From: Octopus sinensis
Taxonomy: Eukaryota
NCBI RefSeq assembly: GCF_006345805.1
Contig: NC_043001.1
Location: 111,600,001 to 111,664,000 of the forward strand
DNA: 64,000 nucleotides
Reading direction: 5' to 3'
The notes below the pieces were generated by a model that saw nothing but the letters and a program-made list of their open reading frames with translations, was not told where the DNA came from and did not search any database. Position 1 is the stretch's first letter, and the number at the start of each line of letters is the position of its first letter. Position numbers and translations under genes: made by a program. Below are positions 52,473 through 64,000 of this stretch, piece after piece.

Positions 52473-53714
52473 TATTTATGTTTACAATAGCAGGCCTTGT
52501 GTAATATTCAAACACTTACCTGGCTGTAATAGCTTCATCAAGAGAATAACAATTAAAACAGAGATTCGTTAATAACATAAATGACACGTACATTTATATC
52601 TGTTTAATTTTTATTAATGTCTTTTTTGAATAAAGAAGCGATATTGAATTTTCGCAAATGCCGTAATTGAGGACAAGATCACATATTAAAATAAATATGG
52701 AAACAGCAACGTCAATAGCATTAACAACAGAAACACCCAACATAATAATGATTTCTAGTTTTATGGATGCGTAATGTTTTTAACTGAAGAATAATAAAAC
52801 CTAAATCAACAATTACATTATCAATAACAACAATAGTAATGATTTCTTTCTAATACTAGTAATGATCATTGTAAAAACGTAATAATAATCGTAATATTAG
52901 TAGATTATATTAATGCTTTTTCTTAATTACTTGTTCGGAGACAGCAATAAAATACAAAAATACATAACTCGTTTTAGAACCTGAATATTTTTGTTATATC
53001 AGAAAGATTTTATTCCACATTTTCTAAAGGGAATTATACCGTTAACTTTTAACGGGATAATATAGCAATTTCCTTAATTTTTAATTAGCAATTTATCATA
53101 ACCGATAGTAATTGCATTATATATATATATATATATATATATACATACACGCACATATATGCATACATGTATATTGATATGGATGGGTGTGTACGTATAC
53201 ATATATGAATGTGTGTGTGTGTCTGTGTGTGTGTGTGTGTGTGTGTGTATGTCTGAGTGTATGAACACACATGAACACTTCTATGAATCTATCACGGATA
53301 TATGGATTTAAGTTCGTCTCCGCAGGATTCAAGCTTATCACTAACAATGTTACAAAGCTCTTCTTTTGCTGCTTCAGGTACTTGTGACTGATTAAAGAAT
53401 GCATTGGGGCTGTCAGAATCGTCAGTGCACCAGTTTTAAATGCTTTGTGGCATTTCGTCTGCGTTCATGTTCTGAGTTCGAATTTCACCGAGGTCGATAA
53501 AATTCGAAACCATTATTTGAGATTTTTCTCTAGGAAAGAAGCTAGATACAACTCTCCATCGCTGGCATGTAGATAACGGACACAAATTAACATTTTAAAC
53601 TTGAAAATGTCTTGCATAATTTAAAACCCCCAAATAAGATTATTTTTACTGACTTTTCTCTTGACTTAGCTAGTATTTTCCTGCTATCATCATAATGAGC
53701 ACATTTAATATTGT

Positions 53715-53975
53715 TGCTGTAAGTGGTAGTAGCAGTCAAGAGGCGAGTTGAGCCCATGTGGAGCAAAGGAGCGAAAATAGAAGGTTAATTCCTGTTCATG
53801 GCGGAGGCGTGAGTCCGGTTTGCTCCTGTGCAAAAACAGTCCGAACAAAGACAGATGTTATAGCGAATGACCGGTAGAACGGAAATGGCGCGAGCCCGGG
53901 GTGTCATTGCCGAGTCTGATGTCTCGAAGGTGCTCCGCAAAGCAGTCAGCCAATCGGCACCTCATTTGAACGATG
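53715..53975 (-). pseudogene. Penelope-like element GIY-YIG endonuclease C-terminal fragment
   Basis: Minus translation RLADCFAEHLRDIRLGNDTPGSRHFRSTGHSL*..DSRLRHEQELTFYFRSFAPHGLN. Confidence 0.8.
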
Positions 53976-53991
53976 AACAGGAAAGGACAGT

Positions 53992-54041
<50 letters not shown>

Positions 54042-54213
54042 AGGAGATTCAGTAAATGACGTTACTGGAAACGCAGGTAAATGAGTCGGTGATGTGATAG
54101 GGACGATGATGAGTGACTGTGAGAGTGGTGGTGTTGGAGAGATAGGTGCAGGTGCAACAGCGTGGGCGGGAGCAGGGGAACGAGCCAGGCTGGGAGATGG
54201 GGTTAAGGAGATA

Positions 54214-54267
<54 letters not shown>

Positions 54268-54539
54268 ATATATATGTTTGCGAGTGGAGAAAGCTTTCAT
54301 CAACAGCCAGTGATTGTCTCACACTGAGGAAGGTTAGACACCTAGAAACCACAATCTGTGAGTATCACGTAAGGCTGGAGATGGAAGCAATGATCTCCTT
54401 TGCAAGCACTATACGGGCACAAACTATGTGTCGGTAGCCAGCTAGAAAGGATGTTTTCGTGTGGCTTAAAGAACAGTAACATCGTCCATTATAAGACCGC
54501 TACATTTTGTTGGCAAATAAATTATATATATATGTAATT

Positions 54540-54720
54540 TAAATTTACAGAAAACAAAATACGAAGACAGGTGTATAAACAACAAGCAAGTGTATTAGTA
54601 TGACGCTCGGGAAAGTGAGAATATCTTTAACGCTTCGAGCCTACGCTCTTCAGCAGAAAGGAACACGGGGATATAAACTGAAATTGAATTAAAAATACTT
54701 GTGGATTTAGCGGTCAAAGA
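54540..54720 (-). mobile_element. Short PLE-type repeat with degenerate CUGCUGA hammerhead (54625-54660)
   Basis: same family as 9652 and 36140. Confidence 0.7.
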
Positions 54721-54727
54721 TGCACAG

Positions 54728-54982
54728 GTGTCAATTCATTACGGCCGTTTCAAGCGACTCCTTTAATTGATTAATGAAAATTATACATCTTTGCAAAGAA
54801 ACTGTTTTCGTCAGATGACTGCATAGACCTCAAACCCAAGGGAAAAACCAGCTGCTTTAACATATTCAACAATAGAGTTCAAATATTTACTTTGATTCAC
54901 TTCTATATCTTTGGCAAGGATGTATTATTTTCATTAATCAATTAAAGGAGTCAGCCTGAAACGGCCGTAATGAATTGATATA
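54728..54982. mobile_element. ~70 bp inverted repeat whose arms carry a hammerhead 3' half
   Basis: arms 54731-54798 and 54908-54978. Confidence 0.85.
54731..54823 (-). ncRNA. Candidate type I hammerhead with canonical core and long stem II insert
   Basis: cagtcat-CTGACGA (54814-54808)..GAAA-cggccg-TA-atgaattg; 8 nt palindrome acggccgt. Confidence 0.55.
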
Positions 54983-55179
54983 TTTGTTACTCATTTATAT
55001 TTTATTCACCTACCCTGGAATCTGCACTTCGGAAATTTTATATAAAGTATTTTTGTATTATTGTATAAAGTACATGTAAAGTTTGATATCCACCTGATAT
55101 TGTTTTGATTTGCAAATTAGATCGACCAAGCAAGGTGCCTCAATTAAAGTACCTAATTCAACTGAATCTTAATTATATT

Positions 55180-55310
55180 TACACAGCACGGAATTTTGTC
55201 AGTGAACAGGTCACGGTTTCAAAGCGACGAAAATATTTTGGCAAATTAAATTTAAATGTTGAAATGAACCCAACGGTTTTTGTGTGTTTTAAATGGCTTA
55301 TAATACTTTC
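55180..55310 (+). mobile_element. Second copy of the GUGAACA-hammerhead repeat (motif 55195-55245)
   Basis: tttgtca-GTGAACA-g-gtcac..gcgac-GAAA-atat-TT-tggcaaa. Confidence 0.75.
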
Positions 55311-55417
<107 letters not shown>

Positions 55418-55789
55418 CAAAGGGCAGGCTACAGGTTACTTAGCCACATACCGAAAAATTAGAAATAGCAGTCAAATACTGTTTATTTCTATTTTATATA
55501 TATATATATATTTATATAAGTATAATCAATGCCTGTCTGAATCACTATATTTTGACTTATATATGGATGTATACACACATGAATGCATGACAATATATAT
55601 ATACATGGAAATGCCACCCACGCTAAGGATGTAAAAGGTTTTACCTATTTTCACCATTCTACTGTAACTGATGTCATACGATTAGTCACGTCATTTTATT
55701 TTCACGTAGCTCAGTCTCACAGAATTGGCGTTGCTGCACTTATTTGCATACGAAGCGCCCCATTAACCACTGCTATAAATTTAAATTTA

Positions 55790-56080
55790 ATGCGCGGATG
55801 TAATAACAGCAGATTTTTCTAGTAGATGTCTTTTCCTTTTATGTTTAATATCATTTCAACGTCTGTTGGTCAACTGATTTCTAATACTTTACACGTTTTT
55901 ATTTTCCTTTTTGAGATCATTATGTTTGGTCTGTTATGCTTTATAGCTTACAGATGTTTTGGTAGCATTGTTTCATGTTATCGATATCTATACCTGTCAA
56001 TGCTAGTGCAACTTCTTATATTTCTATCTCTAAGAATATTCTTTCTTCAAGTTGCGTTGCATACATTATACAGAGGTTAC
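55790..56080 (-). pseudogene. Decayed RLE-type non-LTR endonuclease fragment
   Basis: Minus translation IKHNRPNIMI..TCKVLEIS*PTD. Confidence 0.45.
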
Positions 56081-56709
56081 AAAGAAAGGATCAAAATGTA
56101 TTCGTTCCTTTTGTTGGTGAGTGTGCTCTTGGCATTACATAACGTCATATAATTTGAACACGCCATTTGGTCTGGGGTGTACAACCACTTAATCCCCTTA
56201 CCCTCATCTTCTGTTGCTTAATTCCACCCTTTTCTCTTTTGCTTTATTTCCTTTGTTAGGCATTTATGGGGTTTTCCCTTTCAAAAATTTACTCTTTTAT
56301 TTCTGTAATACAGCCTGAGCGCATACAAATTCTTCCTTCGCCAATAAAGCACTCACATTGAAATTTCATCCACAGCAAGTTTTTCTTCACATCGGCAAAC
56401 TCATTCCTGATCAACTCCATGTCGGGTGCCGGGGTATAATTGCTATTACATTGATCTCGAGAGAAAATGTGCAAGCAGTATATATATGGCTTATACAGTA
56501 ATTAGCTCACACGCACTTGCTACCGCGCCACACGTACATAAACGAACATGCACACACATTCCCTGTATTCTGTCTCTTAACATCTGATGAAGAGGAAGAT
56601 ATGCTCTGCGCCCAAAGTACTTTAAGTAAAGTGGAACACATACGCCATTGAAACCGGGAAACCGGGCCTATAAGCCTGGCCAGGCTTTAAAAGGCGCATT
56701 TATATTTAT

Positions 56710-56746
<37 letters not shown>

Positions 56747-56816
56747 CATACATACATACATACATACATACATATAATATAATATAATGTAATATAATAT
56801 AATATAAATAATATAG

Positions 56817-57210
56817 GGTGCAGGAGTGGCTGTGTGGTAAGTAGATTACTTACCAACCATATGGTTCCGGGTTCAGTCCCACTGCGAGATACCTTGGGCA
56901 AGTGTCTTCTACTACTTGGGCAAGTGTCTTCTACTACTGAAAGAAGCTCGTCGTATATATATATATATATGTGTGTGTGTCTGTGTATCTATATATGTAT
57001 GTGTGTCTGTGTTTGTCCCCCACAATCGCTTGACAACCGATGTTGGTTTGCTTACGTCCTCGTGAACTAGCAGTTCAGCAAAAGAGATCGATAGAATAAG
57101 TACTAGGCTTACAAGGAATACGTCCTGGGGTAGATTTGCTCGACTAAAAGGCGGTACTCCAGCATGGCCGCAGTCAAATAGCTGAAACAAATAAAAGAAT
57201 AATAAAAAAA
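56817..57210 (+). mobile_element. SINE family B with an internal 22 bp duplication and a deletion
   Basis: cttgggcaagtgtcttctacta twice, then jumps to ctgaaagaagc. Confidence 0.88.
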
Positions 57211-57639
57211 GAATATACATACATAAATATAAACATACATATAACACAAATAGATATATAAATACGTAAATATATATATAGATACGTATATATAAGAATG
57301 TATTTTTCTCTTATTTGCATATAAGCATCCGTAAGATTACGCATTCGTTCAAACAATTTAGTTTTTCTTTTTCAAAATAACACATTTCCTTTGCTTCTTC
57401 CCGTTATATTGTGAAACCGTTATGCTTTTCGTAAGAGGAGGAGATAACTAAGAAAAAACAACAAAAACAAAAAACCCCAATAGAAGATAAAGAGAATAAA
57501 GAGAAAATCGCCATTTCCATTTATATTAATCTCTCTATTGGGAAAGCAAATCCTCATCTGTTTTGTTCCCATACTACAGAGCTACTGTATGCTGCAGTAA
57601 CTATTAGTGTTAGTAGTAATGGTATTTGTTGCTATGTTG

Positions 57640-58172
57640 GCGAGCTGGCAAAATGGTTAGCGTTCCTGACAAAATGCTTTACGGTGTGTTTTCTGGTTTT
57701 ATGTTCTGTGTTCAGCTTCTGCCGCCATCAATATTGTTTTTCATTCTCAGTTAAATAAGTATCAGTCGAGCGCAGGAGCAGATACATTTTGACTTACACC
57801 GTCCCTCAAAATTGTAGGCCTTGTGCCAAAATTAGAAAGAATATTCTCTTCTGCTCTAGTCACAAGGCCCGAAATACACAACTGGTACTTAATTTATCGA
57901 CGCCGAAAGGATGAAAGGCTAAGTCAATCTCGGCAGAATTTGAAAACAGAACGTAAAGACAGACGAAATACCTATTTCTTTATTACCCACAAGGAGCTAA
58001 ACATAGAGTGGACAAACAAGGACATCGACCCCAGTGCGTAACTGGTAGTTAATTTATCGACCCCGAAAGGATGAAAGGCAAAGTCAACCTCGGCAGAATT
58101 TGAACTCATAACGTAACGGCAGACGAAATACCGCTAAGCATTTCGCTCGGCATGCGAACGTTTCTGCCATGT
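57640..58172. mobile_element. Old family A copy (plus) and a family A dimer (57850-58172, minus)
   Basis: dimer junction gaaatacctatttc at 57965. Confidence 0.85.
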
Positions 58173-58538
58173 CACCGACTTGTTCTTTTCTACGCATATT
58201 TGTCTGTTAGTTACATTCGTAACTGTTAAAATATTAAAATATAGAAAAAGTTATTGAATTATTAAAAAGTTATGAAGAGTCCTGATGATTGAGGTTGCAG
58301 TTAAGACATGTTTAGGGAACGTTAAACGCACCTCATGAAACATGGGTAGAAGAGAAATTTGGAACTGAAATAGGAAGTATTAAAATAAAAGTCTATGATA
58401 TGGTGTGATGTAAATTAGGATTTGATGAATTGCATGGGGACTTCTATCTCTAAATAATATATATTTCCTTATCGAGAATAATTCAATTTATTTGAATTCC
58501 TGTGACGCCGGAGTTTTTATCCCTTAATGAATAAAATA

Positions 58539-58615
<77 letters not shown>

Positions 58616-58624
58616 ATATATATT

Positions 58625-58992
58625 CATGACTGAGGCCATGCTGGAGTACTGCCTTTAGTGGAACAAATTGAACCGAGGACTTATTCTTTGTAAGCCTAGT
58701 ACTTATTCTATCGTGTCTCTTTTGCTGAACCACTAAGTTATGGGGATGTAAACACACCAACATCAGTTGTCAAACGATGGTGGGGGGACAAACACAGACA
58801 CACAAACATATACATATTTATATATATATAAGACGGGCTCCTTTCAGTTTCCGTCTACTGAATCAACTCATAAGGTTTTGGTCAGCCCAAGGCTATAGTA
58901 GAAGACACTTGCCCAAGGTGCCATCAGTGGAACTGAAACCGGAACCATGTGGTTGGGAAGCAAACGTCTTACCACACAGCCACTCCTGAGCC
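58625..58992 (-). mobile_element. SINE family B
   Basis: matches 3287-3695. Confidence 0.88.
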
Positions 58993-59091
<99 letters not shown>

Positions 59092-59094
59092 GTA

Positions 59095-59105
59095 TATATT
59101 TGAGT

Positions 59106-59149
<44 letters not shown>

Positions 59150-59395
59150 TGTGTGTGTGGTGTTTGTCCCGCTTGAAAACCGGTGTTGATATTTTTTACT
59201 TCGTATTTACTTGGTGATCTGGCGAAAGAAACCGTTAGAGTAAGTACCAAGCTTAACAAAATTTGTATGGTTTGCATGCGTTGCACATACGTGTCTTTTA
59301 TGTCACACCAAGTGTATTCTTTCGACTGAAACCCTTTCTAGGCGGTGTTCCAGCACAACCGGAATCCAATGACTGAAACAATTAAACAGCAAAAG
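59095..59395 (+). mobile_element. SINE family B, 3' half (older)
   Basis: (TG)n then gtttgtcc..aatgactgaaacaa. Confidence 0.7.
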
Positions 59396-59829
59396 TAAAG
59401 GGGGGAATAAATAACGGATGCACCGGACATGGCAGTCAACATACAATCCAGTAAACGTTAATATGAAAGTGATCGTTGATGACGTTTTTCTACAAATGTT
59501 ACATTAAACATTGATGTCGACGATACGACTATAACTGCACGACTACTAACATGACATAGAAGAGAGGATTGATAAATTACACTGACAAGACTAGGATATG
59601 AACCCCAGCAGAAAGGGATGTGATGTGGAGAATTACCATAAGGCCATAGATATGGCTCTCGAAAAGTTCTAACTGTATACACGGCAGTCTCCCCATAAAT
59701 GAAGAATATTGTGACAGAATTAAGAATTAAAGTAAATAGGAAAAGTAAATGGAGAATGAACATGTGGAAAGTAAATAGCGAAAGAAAAGGCAATGAATGG
59801 AGGATGATAAACAAATTATACATAAAGGC

Positions 59830-59895
59830 ATATATATATGCATACATCTGCATCCATATGTATATATATGTATATCTACACACACACACACAAAC

Positions 59896-59928
<33 letters not shown>

Positions 59929-60016
59929 CAAATGAATATTTATATATATGTATATATATATGTTTGTGTATATATACAAATACATACGTGCATACATGCA
60001 TACATGTACATATACG

Positions 60017-60091
<75 letters not shown>

Positions 60092-60159
60092 TATATACAC
60101 ATACAGACATACATGCTTATATTTTTATCTTCTTCCTTTCAATATATGTATGTGTTCTA

Positions 60160-60243
<84 letters not shown>

Positions 60244-60290
60244 GTGTGTGTGTATGTTTGTAAGTGTGTGTGTATGTGTGTGTGTTCATA
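59830..60290. repeat. Compound (TA)/(CA)/(CT)/(TG) microsatellite
   Basis: direct. Confidence 0.95.
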
Positions 60291-60638
60291 AATGAAATAA
60301 TCACATAAGAACTGTGGTAGATATTTCCCACAAGAATTAAACCTTTTCTCTGGAACATTAGTAATCAATAACAATTCGTAACATTTTTTGTGTGTCTAAA
60401 GATAAGAAAATGGAAAAAATAAGATATAAGAAAGAATGGTCGAACGTTTTGGTACGGTCCGCATGGATATACGCTTATATAATTCTATAATAATCGGTGT
60501 ATACATTTGTACGTATGAAGAGGAAGAAAATTTAACGTCACACCTAGTTTAGCTAAAAAAATATATGTATATAGTTAAGAGTCAATCTATATATATTTAT
60601 GTATACAACATGCAAGTATGCTTACATATGTATGCTGT

Positions 60639-60714
<76 letters not shown>

Positions 60715-60719
60715 TTTTC

Positions 60720-60830
60720 GATGAAGAATTCTGTACATTATTTACGTTATTTACGGAAATGTGTCCTCATCTCGTTTGTTGTTACCATAACGCTTCGGTT
60801 GATTTCTGGTTCACATTCCTAAGGTATTTT
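60720..60830 (-). mobile_element. Short PLE-type repeat (4436 family) retaining the hammerhead 3' half
   Basis: minus ccttaggaatg..atcaaccgaagcgttatggtaacaacaaacgagatgaggac; abuts (AAT)n. Confidence 0.6.
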
Positions 60831-60845
60831 TTGATGATATTATTA

Positions 60846-60886
<41 letters not shown>

Positions 60887-60894
60887 GTTTATTT

Positions 60895-61235
60895 AAGGTA
60901 CTGGACATGGAATCTGGTTATCCATATATCGCAAGCGAACCTTCACTGGGCGATACCTCAACTTCAATTCCCACTATCCATACAGTGCAAAGAGAGGGAT
61001 TGCTCAGTGCCTAAAACATCGAGCAAAGTATATAAGTAGCGGTCCCGATACACACCACGAAGAAATGATCAAGCTATGTTAAGCAACAACTACCCCCAAA
61101 ACATACTATCCACCCCAATTAGGAAGAGGAGAGAGGATGAAACCCATAAACTGACCACAGTCTGTCTACCCTATGTGAAAGGCCTCTCGGAAAAGATACA
61201 AAAGGATATGCAATCCATATGACATTAGGACAGTA
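60895..61235 (+). pseudogene. Penelope-like element RT C-terminal (thumb/linker) fragment
   Basis: GRYLNFNSHYPYSAKRGIAQCLKHRAKYI..EEMIKL..NNYP..TVCLPYVKGLSEKI..NPYDIRTV. Confidence 0.85.
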
Positions 61236-61502
61236 CCTAGTGGTGGGCCAACGAGAGACGACCACGTGAAACTGCTGGTTTTACATCAGAAGGATGTCCT
61301 GCTTCTGGAAGGATGCTGTGACAACAGCTAGGTATCCGTAGCATATTGATAAGTCGACGCACGCACTGATGAACTTCTACTCATGAACAATATACACCAT
61401 CCACAGCTTCCCTATATATGATGCTTTGTTTACATCCAAACCATTATTTGTTGCTACCTACACTCCCCCTCACGTCCATCCGCTCATGCATACATCCTAA
61501 CG

Positions 61503-61715
61503 AGGCAGTGAGCTGGCAGAATCGGCATTGTGCCGGACAAAATGTTTAGTAGCATTTCTTCCGGCTATTTATGTTCTGAGTTCAAATACCGCCGAGGTCA
61601 ACTTTGCCTTTCAACCCTTCGGAGTCGATTAAATCAAGTAATTTATCAAGTACCAGGGTCGATGTAATCGGCTACTCTTTCCCCAGTTACTGGCTTTTTG
61701 CCAAAATTGAAACAA
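61503..61715 (+). mobile_element. SINE family A, older
   Basis: ggcagtgagctggcagaatc..gagttcaaataccgccgaggtc. Confidence 0.8.
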
Positions 61716-62689
61716 TTATTAAACCTGATTATACATGGCTAGCTATTACGTTTGTACATATCGTCTCGAATCGCAACCCCATGTTATCTTTTCCACTCCA
61801 CATAAGTTCAACAATCTCATACATGCTTGCACATCTTACAGTAGTGGGAGAGCGTCTGTGAACAGTCGTCGGCTGGCAGCCTGTTCGACATAATTCAACT
61901 CCAAGCTTTTTAAGCAACCCGCAGTTTAATCAAGGCGGTGCCCCAGCATAATCGCTGTTTAATGACAGACACAAACAAAAGATCTAATTCTTTCAGTTCA
62001 CGACCGACATTATCCCACTCTCCAGTTTCCGTAACTCTGTTATTTTGGAATATATAGAGACATTGATTTTTTTACATTTACGAGAAAATGTTAGAGATTT
62101 ATTGTGAAATCAAAAACAGATTATGAGACTCTTGTGCATTTTACTAAAGTATTAATGGCCTAAGGAAAGTGAAATGGCCTCAACACATACCGAATTTACA
62201 GGCGTTGATGATGCTATTTCTTTTACAAAGTAAATCCCCAAAATTTACTGTACGTCCTTCAGGAGAAAGGTCACACTTTTTATGAGGTAATTGTAATCCC
62301 CAACGGACGGTTATATTTGCTGAACTTAACATATTTCCGTGCTGTAAAATTAAAATAAAATGCAGGCTCTGACAGAATCATCGACTAATAAAATGCATTA
62401 GAAAAATATGGGAAAGTTCCGAGTTTTGTTTTTATGTTTGTCTCTATTTTGAAATTTTGAAGTCAAATTGAAGTATCTTCAAGAATAGAATGGCCTCAAC
62501 GTCTAAAAAATAATAATCAAAACTAAAGCTTGAACTTTGTGTTACAAATAGTTCAGGTTTTAGTTGTATATTTTAAGACGTTGTGACAATCAGAAAGATT
62601 ATCTCAACAACCAACAATAGTAAAAGAAATAATTATATTGGGCTGTCCGGAAAGTTTGTGCCGATTAATAGCAGCCGATTTATGTACTC

Positions 62690-63110
62690 GTAGGATTACC
62701 GGATCCTTCCCATATGTGACAGTAGCTGTCCGACATAACTTCACAAGTCAGCAATACCCGGACACTAAATGAGTGCGTGTAGAACGGTTTCCTCACGCCC
62801 CGTAGATCTCAGACAAGCCCCTCTGACGGCACATCCGTGCCTGTGGAGTTTCTCTCGAACCGGTAGTATCACTCCGTAGCTCTGTCAGGTCAAAGACTCC
62901 TGGAAATTTCTTTCCCATTGTAATCCCCGATCAGAAACTTCTCCGGAACAGACAAGTCATTTCTTTTACGTCGAGATTAAGAATCTTTCCGAGAACCTCG
63001 TCACTTTTTATATCCACTAATTCTCTTAGGATTGCTTGAATGGAATGTCCTTGATCCCACTGTTCGACTGGCAGAAAGCGATGAGCGCCTGACAACATTC
63101 TAGACTACAA
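62690..63110 (-). mobile_element. L1/Tx1-type LINE ORF2 C-terminal fragment
   Basis: Minus broken frames: PVREKLHRHG..REETVLHALI*CPGIADL*SYVGQLLSHMGRI. Confidence 0.6.
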
Positions 63111-63242
63111 CCTAGAATGGCATTAGGTTCTAGGCTTTGTTTCACTTAGGATTGTAGTTGCGTCACAGAGACAAGCTGCAAAATGACGTGCCTCATGAAC
63201 AATGGATATAAGGTTTTGTACCAATTACAAATGAGACGATAG

Positions 63243-63478
63243 GAAGGCGGCGAGCTGGCAGAAACGTTAGCACGCCGGGCGAAATGCTTAGCAGTATTTC
63301 GTCTGCCGCTACGTTCTGAGTTCAAATTCCGCCGAGATCGACTTTGCCTTTCATCCTTTCGGAGTCGATTAAATAAGTACCAGTTACTCACTGGGGCCGA
63401 TATAATCGACTTAATCCGTTTGTCTGTCCTTGTTTGTCCCCTCTGTGTGTAGTCCCTTGTGGGCAGTAAAGAAATAAC
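63243..63478 (+). mobile_element. SINE family A, full length, young
   Basis: complete head to aaagaaata tail. Confidence 0.93.
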
Positions 63479-64000
63479 AAATGGAACGATAAAAATATTT
63501 CTTAAATGCCATAATATTTCTAATTCATGTATTCACTTTCCAGCTCGTTTCTACACAACATTATATTGATAGATTATTCATCTGTCGATATTCATTACGG
63601 TGTTGGGTTTTTGCCATAGAAAAAAATATTAGTATCTGTTTTCATTGTTTCATTTTTCTGAAGTTATTTTTGACTAAAGAATTGGCTTTTGCAACAAAAA
63701 TCTGACCTGTTTTCTCTTTTAAGTTATAAATTTCTAGCCAGTTTTAGTTTTCAATCTCCGTTGAATTCTTCATTGTCCACCGATTAACTTTGATAAGGAT
63801 GAGTGAGTAGCCTTACTTTGTTGGTTATAAACAAGGATGTTGAGTAATGACCGAGATTGAATTGCTTCAGGAGAGAGGGTCGAACTGGGCGCGCTGCTTT
63901 CCAGTAAGAATGGCAACATTAGCATATTGTGTTGGCGTGGATAAATGGGACAGTAAGTTAGAAGTAAGAACTAATTGAAGACTCTTTGGTCTAAAATTAT

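Overview
AT-rich, microsatellite-saturated eukaryotic DNA, most likely intergenic or intronic octopus sequence; this is inferred from the tRNA-derived SINE types and a Dong/R4, RTE and Penelope-rich repeat mix. No host protein-coding exon, structural RNA gene or CRISPR array can be supported, and nearly all long ORFs in the track are microsatellite artefacts. Recognisable content is transposon debris: a ~1.15 kb defective mariner with TIRs, other mariner and hAT pieces, a Helitron helicase end, 3' fragments of RTE, CR1/L2, L1/Tx1 and two Dong/R4 LINEs, Penelope-like (PLE) RT and GIY-YIG fragments, and dozens of copies of four tRNA-SINE heads with interchangeable tails. The most interesting signal is a set of about seven short, (TA)n- or (AAT)n-flanked repeat families that each carry a minimal type I hammerhead-ribozyme fold with a palindromic stem III. 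Several have family-conserved non-canonical cores: GUGAACA (G3:C8 swap), CCGANGA (U4C) and CUGYNRA (A6Y). Three occur as fold-back inverted repeats (11899-12273, 12566-12688, 54731-54978). Also present are a 1.87 kb near-perfect tandem duplication, a templated-insertion patchwork, SINE concatemers sharing one junction, and a candidate degenerate twister ribozyme. All calls were made by eye; element boundaries are approximate (about +/-10-20 bp) unless stated to the base, and ribozyme activity is untested.
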